This document shows positions 40,340 to 50,516 of a stretch of DNA of 64,000 nt, piece by piece. Source of the stretch: Escherichia phage ph0011; the sequence record OP557969.1; one strand, 5' to 3'. Below the pieces are notes generated by a model, which saw nothing but the letters and a program-made list of their open reading frames with translations, did no database searches and was not told where the DNA came from. Within the stretch, counting starts at the first letter, position 1. Every line of letters begins with the position of its first letter. Position numbers and translations under genes: made by a program.

Positions 40340-40462
40340 TTTGTTAAATCTCCATGTAATAAATGTGTTTGTAGTATTTATAATACTAAAAACAAACAAT
40401 TTTTTTATATTATATATAGTTTCATAAATATTTCTATAATACATCTATTAAAAGGGAATGTT

Positions 40463-42664
40463 ATGGCTGGAAATACAAGTGATTACCTACTACAACAGTT
40501 GGTTAATCAAACTAAAGATAACAATGATAGCTTGAGTGCTATACGTGAGTTATTGGCTGAAAATATAAAAAATGACAGAAAGAAATCCGGTTCTAAAAGT
40601 AGAAAACATAACGAAAGAACTTCATCTGGTTCTGGGAATCGTGGTTCTAAAGCTAATAATGTAGGTGGTGGTAAAGAATTTGGTAAAATATTCAAATCAT
40701 TATCATCTGAAGTATCAAATGTTGGAAAAACAATGATGAGTACATCTGCTAACGTCAGCAACGTTGTCAATTCACTGGGAATGAGTGCATCTTCATTTGC
40801 TGGTTCACTGGCAATGATTCCTGGGCCAGTTGGTGCAGCCGCTACTGCTTTTAAAATGGTCGCTGACGTTGGTATGGCAGTATATAATGTATTAAACGCA
40901 CAACTTGAAGTTTATAATAGAATAAACAGTGCTGGTGTTGCCCTATCTGAAGGTTATGGTTCCATATTAAAAGGTGCAGGTGCATCAATGATGAGTGTTG
41001 ATGCATTTGGTGAAGCATTACAAACACATAGTTCCGTTGTTGCACAATTGGATGGAGCATATGGTGATGGTGTTTCCACCTTTGGTAAATTATTGGGTAC
41101 TGTACAACAGGCACAAAATCAATTGGGTTTATATGGAGTTTCACAAAAAACACTAACTGATTTAACTGCACGTAATATTAAATTCCAAAAGCAATTTGGT
41201 GGAAGAGAAATGTTACGTAGTATGGATCAAGCAAAAAGTACTGAACAGTTTATCATGAGCATGACTAAGTTCAGTAAAAGTATGGGTGAGTCGGTTGATG
41301 CACTATTAAATAAAACACAAAACTTAGATAAATCATTAGATACACGTTCAATGCAAATAGCATTACAGAACTATTCTGGGCTATCAGGTAAAGCAGCAGT
41401 CGAAACGTCAAAAGCATTTAACGAAGCTGCTGCGAGTATGGGTGATGCTGGTGCAGATTTCCTACGTTTAATTTCACATCGTTTAACCATTGGTGGTGTA
41501 CCAGATGATTTATTGACTCCAGTACTTAATCAATTTGCTGACTTAGGTGAGAACTTGGTACGTAGTGGTGTTACTGATTCGCAAGAAATTCGCCGCCAGC
41601 AGATAGAATTTGTTAAAAAGAACAAAGAATTAATAAAGCAAGATTTATTACATCAGATTAATTTAGGAAACACTACTGCTGCAATCTTCAACCAACAACT
41701 ACTCGATATGGAAGCTGCGATAAACGATCCTAAGAGTCAACCAGCAGATAAATTAACACAATTCACTGATAGATTCAACAGATGGATTAGTAAAGAGTTT
41801 ACTGGACCATTTAATAAAATGTATGCAGATACACAAAATTCTATTGCGGATTACCTTACTGATATTGCTGATAGTACTGATGGTGCATGGGAATTCATCG
41901 GAAAGTTAGCACTTGATGGTTTTGGTTTGGTTCCTATTGCGAAAGATGCCGTTGTGTATTTGGATAGGATCGGTGGTGAGTTTGAGCAGTGGTTAGAAGG
42001 GTTAGGTACTGAAATTTTTGGTAGTGGATATAATAAAGTTTCAGAAGCATTCAATAGTTTTATGAATAACTTAATGGATTTACCTGGAAAACTATGGGAT
42101 TCTGTAAAAGGTTGGTTTGGTGGTTCGAAAGATAAACCAAAAGTTGATAATAATTCAGTCACCGATGGAGTAGAAAAAGTTAATAGCTACTTCGAAGATA
42201 AAATGAATTCATTTGGGGATTATATTTCCAATTCATTTGACCATTTTTTGAAATGGAATTCAAGTAGGAACTTTAAACAACCTAAACCACTTGATGGTTC
42301 AGTTGCAGAAAAACTTATTGGTACTGGTATTGATAGTAAACCCACAACAACTACTAGAATCGAAAAATCTGAACACGTTGCTCCGTATGTTACCATTACA
42401 CCAAAAACTTTTGATAAGTCAGCATGGGGACCGAATGAACCGCCAGTTCAAGCTCAACCGGACGATAATGAGGCTATGAAAGCGATGATAAATAATGGTA
42501 GTAGTATGGCAAATATTAATAATAATGCCACAATATCAGAAGATATGAAAGAGTTACTTAAAAAACTTGCTGATGTTAACGAGCAATCACTATCTGCTGT
42601 ACAACAGACAAATAACTATCTAAGAACTATCTCTGAAAACACTCAAGGTGAGAGAAACAGTTAA
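40463..42664 (+). CDS. Ala/Gly/Ser-rich helical virion protein (733 aa), possibly tape-measure-like or ejected internal protein
   Basis: RBS AAAGGGAA; low-complexity basic N-terminus, long helical A/G/S/Q-rich body; immediately upstream of portal gene. Confidence 0.4.
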   Translation: MAGNTSDYLLQQLVNQTKDNNDSLSAIRELLAENIKNDRKKSGSKSRKHNERTSSGSGNRGSKANNVGGGKEFGKIFKSLSSEVSNVGKTMMSTSANVSNVVNSLGMSASSFAGSLAMIPGPVGAAATAFKMVADVGMAVYNVLNAQLEVYNRINSAGVALSEGYGSILKGAGASMMSVDAFGEALQTHSSVVAQLDGAYGDGVSTFGKLLGTVQQAQNQLGLYGVSQKTLTDLTARNIKFQKQFGGREMLRSMDQAKSTEQFIMSMTKFSKSMGESVDALLNKTQNLDKSLDTRSMQIALQNYSGLSGKAAVETSKAFNEAAASMGDAGADFLRLISHRLTIGGVPDDLLTPVLNQFADLGENLVRSGVTDSQEIRRQQIEFVKKNKELIKQDLLHQINLGNTTAAIFNQQLLDMEAAINDPKSQPADKLTQFTDRFNRWISKEFTGPFNKMYADTQNSIADYLTDIADSTDGAWEFIGKLALDGFGLVPIAKDAVVYLDRIGGEFEQWLEGLGTEIFGSGYNKVSEAFNSFMNNLMDLPGKLWDSVKGWFGGSKDKPKVDNNSVTDGVEKVNSYFEDKMNSFGDYISNSFDHFLKWNSSRNFKQPKPLDGSVAEKLIGTGIDSKPTTTTRIEKSEHVAPYVTITPKTFDKSAWGPNEPPVQAQPDDNEAMKAMINNGSSMANINNNATISEDMKELLKKLADVNEQSLSAVQQTNNYLRTISENTQGERNS

Positions 42665-42675
42665 GGACGAAAATA

Positions 42676-44415
42676 ATGAGTTGGAAACGACATATGACAA
42701 TGGGAAGGTCTAAATTATCGACCATCCCAAATCAGTCCAGTAATAGCAATAAATCAACGGGAACTAAAACAAATTTCGCTTCCTATCTACCAGTTGTATA
42801 TAATGGATTGGCAAATCGCACTGAACGTTATAGTCAGTACGAGCAAATGGACCAAGACCCTGAAATTAGAACTGCATTAAATATCATTGCTGACTTCTGT
42901 ACACAAAGTACTGAAGACTATGGTTTGCCATATAAAATTAAATACAAAGATGATATTGGTGATACAGAAGTAACTACAATTGAAGACCGTTTGGATGCTT
43001 GGACTGAACAAAATGATTTTAAAACACGAATGTATGAAATTGTACGTGGTCTTCTTAAATATGGCGACCAGTTTTTTATTCGTGACCCAGAAACATTTGA
43101 TTGGTATTGGGTGAGTCCAAAAAACGTTGAACAAGTGTTTGTTAACGAAGCTACTGGAAAAACACCAGTAATTTATTACATACGAGATGTGTCATTGAAC
43201 CTGAAAGATAAGGTTTTTAGTAACCTACAAGTAGGATTTGATAAAACAGCTTATCCTGGTGCGATCCCTACAACAATGGGTGGGGGTGGTTCAGTAGCTG
43301 CGGGTGGTGCGTCTGGATTTACCAGCCAAGGAAATACTGCTGACCCATTCAGTACTAATGGACAATTGGACGTTATTCCTGTTGGTGCAGAACACGTAAT
43401 TCATCTAACACTAAATACAGGACAAGATGGGGTATGGCCTTTTGGAACAAGTATACTTGAGGACGTATTTAAAGTCTATAAGCAAAAAGAACTTCTGGAA
43501 GATAGTATTATAATTTATCGTGTACAACGTGCACCGGAACGTCGTGTGTTTAAAATTGATGTTGGTGATATGCAAGCACACCAAGCAATGGCTTATGTGG
43601 AAAGATTTAAAAATGAAATCCACCAGCGTAGAATACCTTCGAACAAAGGTGGAAGCACTTCATTGATGGATGCTGCATATAATCCATTAAGCATTTTAGA
43701 AGATTACTTTTTTCCACAAACTTCCGAAGGTCGTGGTTCTGATGTCCAAACACTACCTGGTGGTGATAACTTGGGACAAATTGATGACTTACGTTATTTT
43801 AATAATAAATTGATTCGTGGTCTTCAAATACCAGCTTCATATCTACCACAAGGTCCAGATGATGGCGGTGTTTCGCTATTTGGTGATGGTGCTACACAAG
43901 CTATGGCAAGTGAATTGCGATTCAATAATCAATGTATGCGTTATCAGCGTTTGGTTGCAAAACACTTTGATGCTGAGTTTAAAAGATTTATGGTTAAAAA
44001 TGGTTATAATATTAGTACTTCATCTTTTGAGGTTATAATGAATCCACCTATTAACTTGGCTTCTTATCGTAAAGCAGAGTTGGATGCTAAATTGATTAAC
44101 ACCTATCTTCCTCTTAATGACTTGCCTTATATGGCTAAACAAACAATTCTTGAAAAAATGGGATTTTCTAAATCTGATATTGTCAAGAATGAACAATTGT
44201 GGTTACAAGAAAATCCACAAGATGGTTCCCAACCTACTGGTGATGAAGAAGAATCCGCAGGTTTGCAGTCTGTTGGTATTGACGCACCAAATGACCCTGG
44301 TATGGATCTTGGTATTGATGGCGATGGTAATTTGGAAAGTGCTGATGCAGAATATCAAGAACAACAAAGTGGAAGTGACGGTTTTGACCCGAATAATTTA
44401 GGCAATTCTTTTTAA
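42676..44415 (+). CDS. gp20: Portal protein, gp20-like (579 aa)
   Basis: Size, acidic C-terminus and position upstream of prohead core, gp21, gp22 and gp23 homologs (T4 order 20-67-68-21-22-23); RBS AAGGA. No motif verified. Confidence 0.6.
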   Translation: MSWKRHMTMGRSKLSTIPNQSSNSNKSTGTKTNFASYLPVVYNGLANRTERYSQYEQMDQDPEIRTALNIIADFCTQSTEDYGLPYKIKYKDDIGDTEVTTIEDRLDAWTEQNDFKTRMYEIVRGLLKYGDQFFIRDPETFDWYWVSPKNVEQVFVNEATGKTPVIYYIRDVSLNLKDKVFSNLQVGFDKTAYPGAIPTTMGGGGSVAAGGASGFTSQGNTADPFSTNGQLDVIPVGAEHVIHLTLNTGQDGVWPFGTSILEDVFKVYKQKELLEDSIIIYRVQRAPERRVFKIDVGDMQAHQAMAYVERFKNEIHQRRIPSNKGGSTSLMDAAYNPLSILEDYFFPQTSEGRGSDVQTLPGGDNLGQIDDLRYFNNKLIRGLQIPASYLPQGPDDGGVSLFGDGATQAMASELRFNNQCMRYQRLVAKHFDAEFKRFMVKNGYNISTSSFEVIMNPPINLASYRKAELDAKLINTYLPLNDLPYMAKQTILEKMGFSKSDIVKNEQLWLQENPQDGSQPTGDEEESAGLQSVGIDAPNDPGMDLGIDGDGNLESADAEYQEQQSGSDGFDPNNLGNSF

Positions 44416-44438
44416 ACATAAATAATATTGTATAAAAG

Positions 44439-44468
44439 TGAGGGTGAAATTAAACCCTCATTTATAAT
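44439..44468 (+). terminator. Hairpin with weak T-tract after portal gene, possible terminator or attenuator
   Basis: Stem TGAGGGT/ACCCTCA with 8-nt loop, followed by TTTATAAT. Confidence 0.4.
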
Positions 44469-44488
44469 GCATATTTCAAGGAGATTGA

Positions 44489-44716
44489 ATGTTAAAGGAC
44501 ATCTTTGAATCTAGCAGTGATTCAATGTACGACCCTGAAGATGATCAGAACGTATATAAAATTACTGATTCCAGAAAACCGAAACTGACATTACAAGTAC
44601 TAAACAATTTAAGAAAGTATCGTGAATTTAAAGCACATGAAGAACAACGCCGCAAAAATGTGGTTGCAGTTGTTTATGCCGCTGCACCATCTGGTGACGG
44701 TTCTGGACTAATGTAA
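44489..44716 (+). CDS. Small hypothetical protein (75 aa), prohead core candidate by position
   Basis: RBS AAGGAGA 5 nt upstream; sits where T4 has gene 67. Confidence 0.4.
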   Translation: MLKDIFESSSDSMYDPEDDQNVYKITDSRKPKLTLQVLNNLRKYREFKAHEEQRRKNVVAVVYAAAPSGDGSGLM

Positions 44717-44817
44717 GTTAAAAATCGCACTTTTTGAAGCTTTTAAAAAAGGCGATTTTATTCAGTACTAAATAATATCATACTTTATACGAATATAATA
44801 TATCTATGGAGGATATA

Positions 44818-45654
44818 ATGGCGAATTTAAAACTACTACAAGAAGCAATTGCGGCGTTTGCAAATGGCGAGCAAGATATTGCTGATAAAAAAATGCGTAA
44901 GTATTTTGTTGAACAAGCACAAGAAATTAACAAAAAGCTAGAAGAAAGCATGGAAGACGAAGAAAGCATTGAAGATGAAGACGTCGAAGATGAAGAAAAG
45001 CTTGATGAAGATTTTGACGTACAACCAGATGCAGGTCTTAATGCAGAAATCCAATACACCCTTGGTGAAGAAGATGAAAGTGCAGAAGACGAAGTTGAGA
45101 TTTCTGCTGATGCAGATGCCGATGGTGAAGATGATGTTGATGTTGATGTAAAAGCAGATGCTGAAGTTCCTTCTGAAGATCAATGGGAATCAATTCAAGA
45201 TGCTTTCCGTGGTCTACAGCAAATGTTTGATGAAATTGGTGATGGTGAAGTTGACCTAGACTCCGATGAAGAAGTCGAAGATAGTGAAGAAGAAGTTGGT
45301 GTTGATGGTGATGATGAATTCGCTGATATTGAATTTGGTGATGAAAAAATCGGTGAATCATTCAAACTAGAAAAAGTTGCACCAGTTGATAAGAAAGAAA
45401 AAGCAGGAACTCATACTAAATCACCAGTTGCACCAGAAGCTAAATCACCAGTAGATGGTGTAGAACCAGTTAAATTCGCTAAGAAAACTGATCAAGCACC
45501 ACTAGTTGATCTTGATGATAAATCTGTTCTACCAAAAGATAATCTAGATCTTGGTAAAAACGCTCGTGGTGAAATGAAAGATGTCAAAGAACCAAAAACT
45601 ACTGCATCTAAGTCCAAATCACCACTAAGCAAAGCACAACCTAAACTAAAATAA
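44818..45654 (+). CDS. Highly acidic Asp/Glu-rich protein, prohead core / internal head protein candidate
   Basis: ATG 44818 (MANLKLLQEA) has RBS GGAGGA; the ORF-track ATG 44806 lacks one; long D/E runs; sits between portal and gp21 protease where T4 has gene 68. Confidence 0.5.
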   Translation: MANLKLLQEAIAAFANGEQDIADKKMRKYFVEQAQEINKKLEESMEDEESIEDEDVEDEEKLDEDFDVQPDAGLNAEIQYTLGEEDESAEDEVEISADADADGEDDVDVDVKADAEVPSEDQWESIQDAFRGLQQMFDEIGDGEVDLDSDEEVEDSEEEVGVDGDDEFADIEFGDEKIGESFKLEKVAPVDKKEKAGTHTKSPVAPEAKSPVDGVEPVKFAKKTDQAPLVDLDDKSVLPKDNLDLGKNARGEMKDVKEPKTTASKSKSPLSKAQPKLK

Positions 45655-45674
45655 ATATCTGAAAGGAGATCATT

Positions 45675-46298
45675 ATGAGTAGTATGATTCGTGAATGGTC
45701 TTCATTCAATGATTCTAAAGTTGTTTTGGAACATCGTGATAATGGATTTGGTGGGCGTGATTGCTATCTTCGTGGCATTGCTATTCAAGCTGACCAACGA
45801 AATTTGAACGAGAGAATTTACCCTTTATCTGAAATTACAAGGGCAGTAAATAACATGAACCAGCGTTTAGCTAAAGGTGAAAGCATTCTTGTTGAATGTG
45901 ACCATCCAGAAACATTAACTATTAATCTGGACCGAGTAGCAGCAATGATTACTAAGGTTTGGATGGAAGGTGCTAATGGTATGGCAGAAATCAAATTACT
46001 TGATACTGCACATGGTCAAAATATCCGTAAAATGCTAGAGGCTGGTGTGAAACTTGGTGTAAGTTCTCGCGGTTCCGGTAACGTTGATTATAATGGAATA
46101 GTTTCTGATTTTGAAATTATCACTATTGATATTGTTGCTCAACCTAGTGCTCCAGAAGCATACCCAACAGCGGTATTTGAATCTCTGATGAGTAAGTACG
46201 GATCACCTTGTAAAAGTTCTAAAAAAATCACTGAATCTAAAAAGGTAAATAACTTAGATTCCGAAATATACGATTTTTTCAAGAAATTAAAAGGTTAA
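45675..46298 (+). CDS. gp21: Prohead core protease, T4 gp21 family (207 aa)
   Basis: YLRGIAIQADQRNLNERIYP, HPE...KLGVSSRGSG and QPSAPEAY blocks align with T4 gp21 (YIEGIFMQAEVVNRNKRLYP, GWIPGVSSRGLG, GPSAPDAW); RBS AAAGGAGA. Confidence 0.9.
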   Translation: MSSMIREWSSFNDSKVVLEHRDNGFGGRDCYLRGIAIQADQRNLNERIYPLSEITRAVNNMNQRLAKGESILVECDHPETLTINLDRVAAMITKVWMEGANGMAEIKLLDTAHGQNIRKMLEAGVKLGVSSRGSGNVDYNGIVSDFEIITIDIVAQPSAPEAYPTAVFESLMSKYGSPCKSSKKITESKKVNNLDSEIYDFFKKLKG

Positions 46299-46309
46299 CA
46301 TTTTAAAAA

Positions 46310-46317
46310 TATAAATA
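46310..46317 (+). promoter_or_regulatory. T4-late-promoter-like TATAAATA upstream of scaffold gene
   Basis: Exact TATAAATA, 47 nt upstream of ATG 46365; same TAAATATCTG context recurs at 45652. Confidence 0.4.
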
Positions 46318-46364
46318 TCTGTATATTGAAGTACAGATATTTCAGTACTTAAAGGAGAGAACGA

Positions 46365-47480
46365 ATGTCTAAATTAGAAAAGCTTCTAAAAGAATCATCT
46401 CTTTCTGATGAGGCAAAACAGCTAATTCAGGAAGCATGGAATGAAGAAAAGAATACACTAGCCGCAGAGATGCGTGAAGAAATGAAAGGTCGTTACCAGC
46501 AGGATTTGGCTGAACTAACTGAAGGTTTGAACACTATGGTTACTCAAGTCATTGCTGAAGAAATGGGTGCTGTATATGAAGAGAAAAAACGTCTTGTTGA
46601 AGATCGTGTAACTCTACGTAAAACACTAAGCAATTTCTCTGCGTTTTCGAACTCTGTATTGGCAGAAGAAGTTAAACAAATGCGTAAAGAACGTAAGCAT
46701 CTTCATGAATGTATGGGTAAATTTGTTAATTTTTCTAACGGTATCCTAGCAGAAGAGCTAAAAGAATTCCACAATGAAAAACGTCAACTAGTTGAAACAC
46801 GTGTAAAACTACTTGCTGAAGGTTCACGTCAAATTGCTGAAGCTCGTAATAACTTCATCAAACGTACATCTGAAAGTGCTGCTAAATATATTGCAGAGAC
46901 AACTCAGAAGAATCTATATGCGTTGAAACAAGATCTAGTGGAAGCGAAACAAAATATGTTTGGTCGTAAAATCTTTGAAGCATTTGCTCAAGAATTTAAT
47001 GTCAAACAATTCAATGAAAATTCATTGCTACGTTCACTAACTGAAACAATTAAATCTAAAGAAGATGAAATTGATCAAGTTAAGCAAGAACTACATGAAA
47101 CTGTTAATGCGGTCAAAGCTGCTAAAACTAAACTACGTATTATGGAAGATGCACAAGCCCGTAATGCGATTATGTCTGAACTAGTAAAACCACTAACAGC
47201 ACAGCAAAAACAAATTATGGAATCCCTTCTAGCAACTTCACCTACTGAAAAGCTTAAAGAAGATTTCAATAAGTACCATAAGTCAGTACTTAACGGTACT
47301 AAAGTAAATGAATCTGCTACCACTCGTCAAGCAGTTCAGTCTTCCGCTAAGAAAACTCTTGCAGAAGGTAAAGTGATCACTGGCAACCGTCAGGCTATTG
47401 TTGAAAGCGAAGAAATGACCGCTGACGATATGGCATTCCTAAAAGAACTTGATGTTCTTTCTGGTATCAATAAAAAATAA
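46365..47480 (+). CDS. gp22: Prohead scaffold protein, gp22-like (371 aa)
   Basis: Coiled-coil E/K/A/L-rich sequence; between gp21 and gp23 homologs; RBS AAGGAGAG. Confidence 0.7.
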   Translation: MSKLEKLLKESSLSDEAKQLIQEAWNEEKNTLAAEMREEMKGRYQQDLAELTEGLNTMVTQVIAEEMGAVYEEKKRLVEDRVTLRKTLSNFSAFSNSVLAEEVKQMRKERKHLHECMGKFVNFSNGILAEELKEFHNEKRQLVETRVKLLAEGSRQIAEARNNFIKRTSESAAKYIAETTQKNLYALKQDLVEAKQNMFGRKIFEAFAQEFNVKQFNENSLLRSLTETIKSKEDEIDQVKQELHETVNAVKAAKTKLRIMEDAQARNAIMSELVKPLTAQQKQIMESLLATSPTEKLKEDFNKYHKSVLNGTKVNESATTRQAVQSSAKKTLAEGKVITGNRQAIVESEEMTADDMAFLKELDVLSGINKK

Positions 47481-47518
47481 ATATTTTAAAGCATTTTAAT
47501 AATCAAATTTTTCAGTTC

Positions 47519-47526
47519 TATAAATA
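47519..47526 (+). promoter_or_regulatory. T4-late-promoter-like TATAAATA upstream of major capsid gene
   Basis: Exact TATAAATA, 46 nt upstream of ATG 47572. Confidence 0.45.
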
Positions 47527-47571
47527 ATAACATACTGAAAAACGAATATAACATCTTTAAGGAGATATATA

Positions 47572-48747
47572 ATGTCACAACTACTAAATGAATCCAAATG
47601 GGTAGCAGTAAAAGAGAAACTAGTTGAAGGTCTACAGGGTACTCGTAAGTCTGTAATGGAAACTGTTCTTGATAACCATCGTAAAGTTATGCTAACTGAA
47701 TCTGCAACTTCTGGTGCAACTACTGCTGGTAACATCGCTACTCTAAACAAAGTGATTCTACCAATTATGCGTCGTGTAATGCCAACTGTTATTGCGAACG
47801 AAATTATCGGTGTTCAACCAATGACTGGTCCAGTTGGTCAGATTCACACCCTACGTGTGCAATATGCTGATAATGCACCTGGTGTTATTGCTGGTGAAGA
47901 AATGCTTTCTCCATACAAAATTGCAAAATCCTACTCTGGTGAACTAAATTCTGATAATAGCAACCCACAAGCTGCTCCTACTAGTCAACTAGAAGGTACT
48001 ATGGGTCGTCGCGTAAATATCCGTATCCTACGTGAAACTGTTGAAGCGAAATCACGTCGTCTATCTGCACGTTGGACTGTTGAATCTGCACAAGATGCAC
48101 AATCTCAACATGGTGTTGATGTTGAAGCTGAACTAATGGCAGCAATTGCACAAGAAGTTACTGTAGAAATCGACCAAGAACTACTAAGCCGTCTACGTGC
48201 ACTACCAGGTGCTGCTGCTGTAACTTATGACCAATCTAAAGTTACCGGTGTTGCAACTTTCGTAGGTGATGAACACGCTGCTCTAGCTACCCTAATCAAC
48301 CGTCAAGCTAACGAAGTTGCTCGTCGTACCAAGCGTGGTGCAGCAAACTGGGCCGTTGTTTCCCCAACTGCTCTAACCATTCTACAGTCTGCAACTACTT
48401 CTAGCTTTGCACGTACCACTGAAGGTACTTTTGAAGCACCAACTAACGTTAAGTTTGTAGGTACTCTAAACAGCACCATGCGTATCTTTGTTGATACCTA
48501 TGCAAGTGATTCTGAAGATATCCTAATTGGTTATAAAGGTAATGCTGAAACTGATGCTGGTGTATTCTATTGCCCATACATCCCACTAATGGCATCCGGT
48601 ACTGTTATGGACCCTAACACTGGTGAATTGGTTACAACTTTCCTAACTCGTTATGGTTACGTACAATTGACCGACAGCACTTCCTCTCTTGGTAACGCTG
48701 CTGACTACTATAGCAAAATCGCTATCAAAAACGTTACTTTCATGTAA
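47572..48747 (+). CDS. gp23: Major capsid protein, T4 gp23 family (391 aa)
   Basis: Blocks IIGVQPMTGPVGQIHTLRVQYA, VEAKSRRLSARWTVESAQDAQSQHGVDVEAEL and GYKGNAETDAGVFYCPYIPL align with T4 gp23; RBS AAGGAGA. Confidence 0.9.
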   Translation: MSQLLNESKWVAVKEKLVEGLQGTRKSVMETVLDNHRKVMLTESATSGATTAGNIATLNKVILPIMRRVMPTVIANEIIGVQPMTGPVGQIHTLRVQYADNAPGVIAGEEMLSPYKIAKSYSGELNSDNSNPQAAPTSQLEGTMGRRVNIRILRETVEAKSRRLSARWTVESAQDAQSQHGVDVEAELMAAIAQEVTVEIDQELLSRLRALPGAAAVTYDQSKVTGVATFVGDEHAALATLINRQANEVARRTKRGAANWAVVSPTALTILQSATTSSFARTTEGTFEAPTNVKFVGTLNSTMRIFVDTYASDSEDILIGYKGNAETDAGVFYCPYIPLMASGTVMDPNTGELVTTFLTRYGYVQLTDSTSSLGNAADYYSKIAIKNVTFM

Positions 48748-48790
48748 TTATAATCGATTTAAAAAAATAATCAAGAAATTAAAAACAAAA

Positions 48791-48818
48791 AGGGACTCTG
48801 ATGAGTCCCTTTTCTTTT
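48791..48818 (+). terminator. Intrinsic terminator after major capsid gene
   Basis: Stem AGGGACT/AGTCCCT, loop CTGATG, T-run TTTTCTTTT. Confidence 0.8.
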
Positions 48819-48889
48819 ATCTAAATATTGACAAACAGTACTGAAACATGTTATGCTTATGTAAATATAGTAACTATAGAGGAATTTAA

Positions 48890-50488
48890 ATGCTTGGTGA
48901 AATCAAACAGTTTTTGAAGACGAAAAAGTTAAGAGGTGTAAAATCTGCACTTCAAGCAAAACCATTATATGTTGATTACTTAAAAGAAATTTATGGTGAT
49001 ATCGAACTGAATGTTATCATTTACATGGTATTGAATGATATTAAAGAAATTCCAAAAGCAAAATGTGGTAACGATGTAAAGTTTGTTAATTTAATTGAGG
49101 GATTCAGTGACAGATGTAATCTACCGTTTCAGGGAAAAAATAAATGTAAAGTTTGTTCTGTAATGATTTCTGAAAAAAGAAAAAGTACATACAAGAATAA
49201 AACTGGGTATGATAATCCCGGACAGAATCCAGACGTTCGTGACAAGATGTCAAGAACTAATATTAATCGTTACGGAACTACTGTTCCCCAGCAGACCGAT
49301 GTTGTCAAAAAACGTTCAATTGAGACAAATCTTCTTAAGTACGGAGTTGAACATCCCTCAATGTTGGAAGAAAACAAAGAGAAACGCCAAAAAACTGTTT
49401 TTGAAAAGTATGGTGTAGATAATGTACTTAAAACTACACATAAACGCCTTGAAGAACGTTATATGAATTTCAAGAAAAAATATGAATATTCTGGAAAATA
49501 TACATTACTTAGTTCAATTGAAGAGTATGATTCTTCTGTTAATGGTGTTAAAAGTATTCTTTTATGGAAATGTAATACTTGCAACAATACTTTCAATAAA
49601 GTTGCACCGTGTTTAAGATGTCCTAAATGTGAACCATACTCTTCCAGTACTGAAGAAGTTGAATTATATGAATATATTTCATCAATCTATGACGGTGTAA
49701 TTATCCAGAATAGTAGGAATATTATCACAGGTAATGAGATTGATATTTTCATTCCAGAACTGAAACTTGGTATTGAGTTCAATGGTGAGTACTGGCACAG
49801 AGACGAAGTGCGTGGTAATAATTATCATCAGAGCAAATATATTCGTATGAAGGAAAATGGCAACAAACTTATTACTATATATAGTAATGAATGGCGTAAT
49901 AAAACTGACATCGTTAAGCGTAGATTAAAAAGCATTTTAAATACTGATAATAGAGTGTACGCTCGTAAGTGTACTATCGGTTTAGTTCAGAATGATGTAT
50001 GTGATGAGTTTTTGAATACATATCATATACAGGGTAAGTGTAGTTCTTCGATTCGCGTAGGTCTGTATTTGGAAACAGAACTTGTTGCAGTAATGACATT
50101 CGGTAAACCAAGATTTAACAAAGAATATGAATATGAACTACTCCGTTATTGTTCCAAAGATACAGTGGTTGGTGGTGCTTCAAAACTGTTAAAATATTTC
50201 GAAATTACACATGTTCCAAAATCTTTGATATCTTATGCTGATATGAATTGGAGTTCTGGTAATCTATATGAAGCAATTGGATTTCAATTTGTTGAAATGA
50301 CGAAACCTGGATATTTCTATTATGATAAAAAAACAGAAACCACATATTCCAGATACCAATGTCAAAAGCAAAAACTAATATCAAAGTTTGGATTTCCTAA
50401 CACAATGACAGAGAATGAAATGACACGATCACTTGGTTATTACAAAATATATGATTGTGGTAATTTAGTATATAAAAAAGAATACTAA
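48890..50488 (+). CDS. Multi-domain freestanding nuclease, homing-endonuclease-like (532 aa)
   Basis: N-terminal CxxC pair, three ~21-aa repeats ending in [RK]YG, zinc ribbon CNTCN...CLRCPKC, Vsr/DUF559-like PD-(D/E)xK core IDIFIPELKLGIEFNGEYWH, C-terminal domain with GGASKLL motif; inserted between capsid gene and fiber module. Confidence 0.6.
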   Translation: MLGEIKQFLKTKKLRGVKSALQAKPLYVDYLKEIYGDIELNVIIYMVLNDIKEIPKAKCGNDVKFVNLIEGFSDRCNLPFQGKNKCKVCSVMISEKRKSTYKNKTGYDNPGQNPDVRDKMSRTNINRYGTTVPQQTDVVKKRSIETNLLKYGVEHPSMLEENKEKRQKTVFEKYGVDNVLKTTHKRLEERYMNFKKKYEYSGKYTLLSSIEEYDSSVNGVKSILLWKCNTCNNTFNKVAPCLRCPKCEPYSSSTEEVELYEYISSIYDGVIIQNSRNIITGNEIDIFIPELKLGIEFNGEYWHRDEVRGNNYHQSKYIRMKENGNKLITIYSNEWRNKTDIVKRRLKSILNTDNRVYARKCTIGLVQNDVCDEFLNTYHIQGKCSSSIRVGLYLETELVAVMTFGKPRFNKEYEYELLRYCSKDTVVGGASKLLKYFEITHVPKSLISYADMNWSSGNLYEAIGFQFVEMTKPGYFYYDKKTETTYSRYQCQKQKLISKFGFPNTMTENEMTRSLGYYKIYDCGNLVYKKEY

Positions 50489-50516
50489 AATACATTATTG
50501 AAACAAGGAGGTTTCG

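Noticed and set aside
44778-45361. His/Gln- or Ser-rich ORFs overlapping the acidic protein gene on both strands
   Set aside because: Alternative-frame and antisense translations of the GAA/GAT-rich repeats that encode the Asp/Glu tracts; compositional artefacts.
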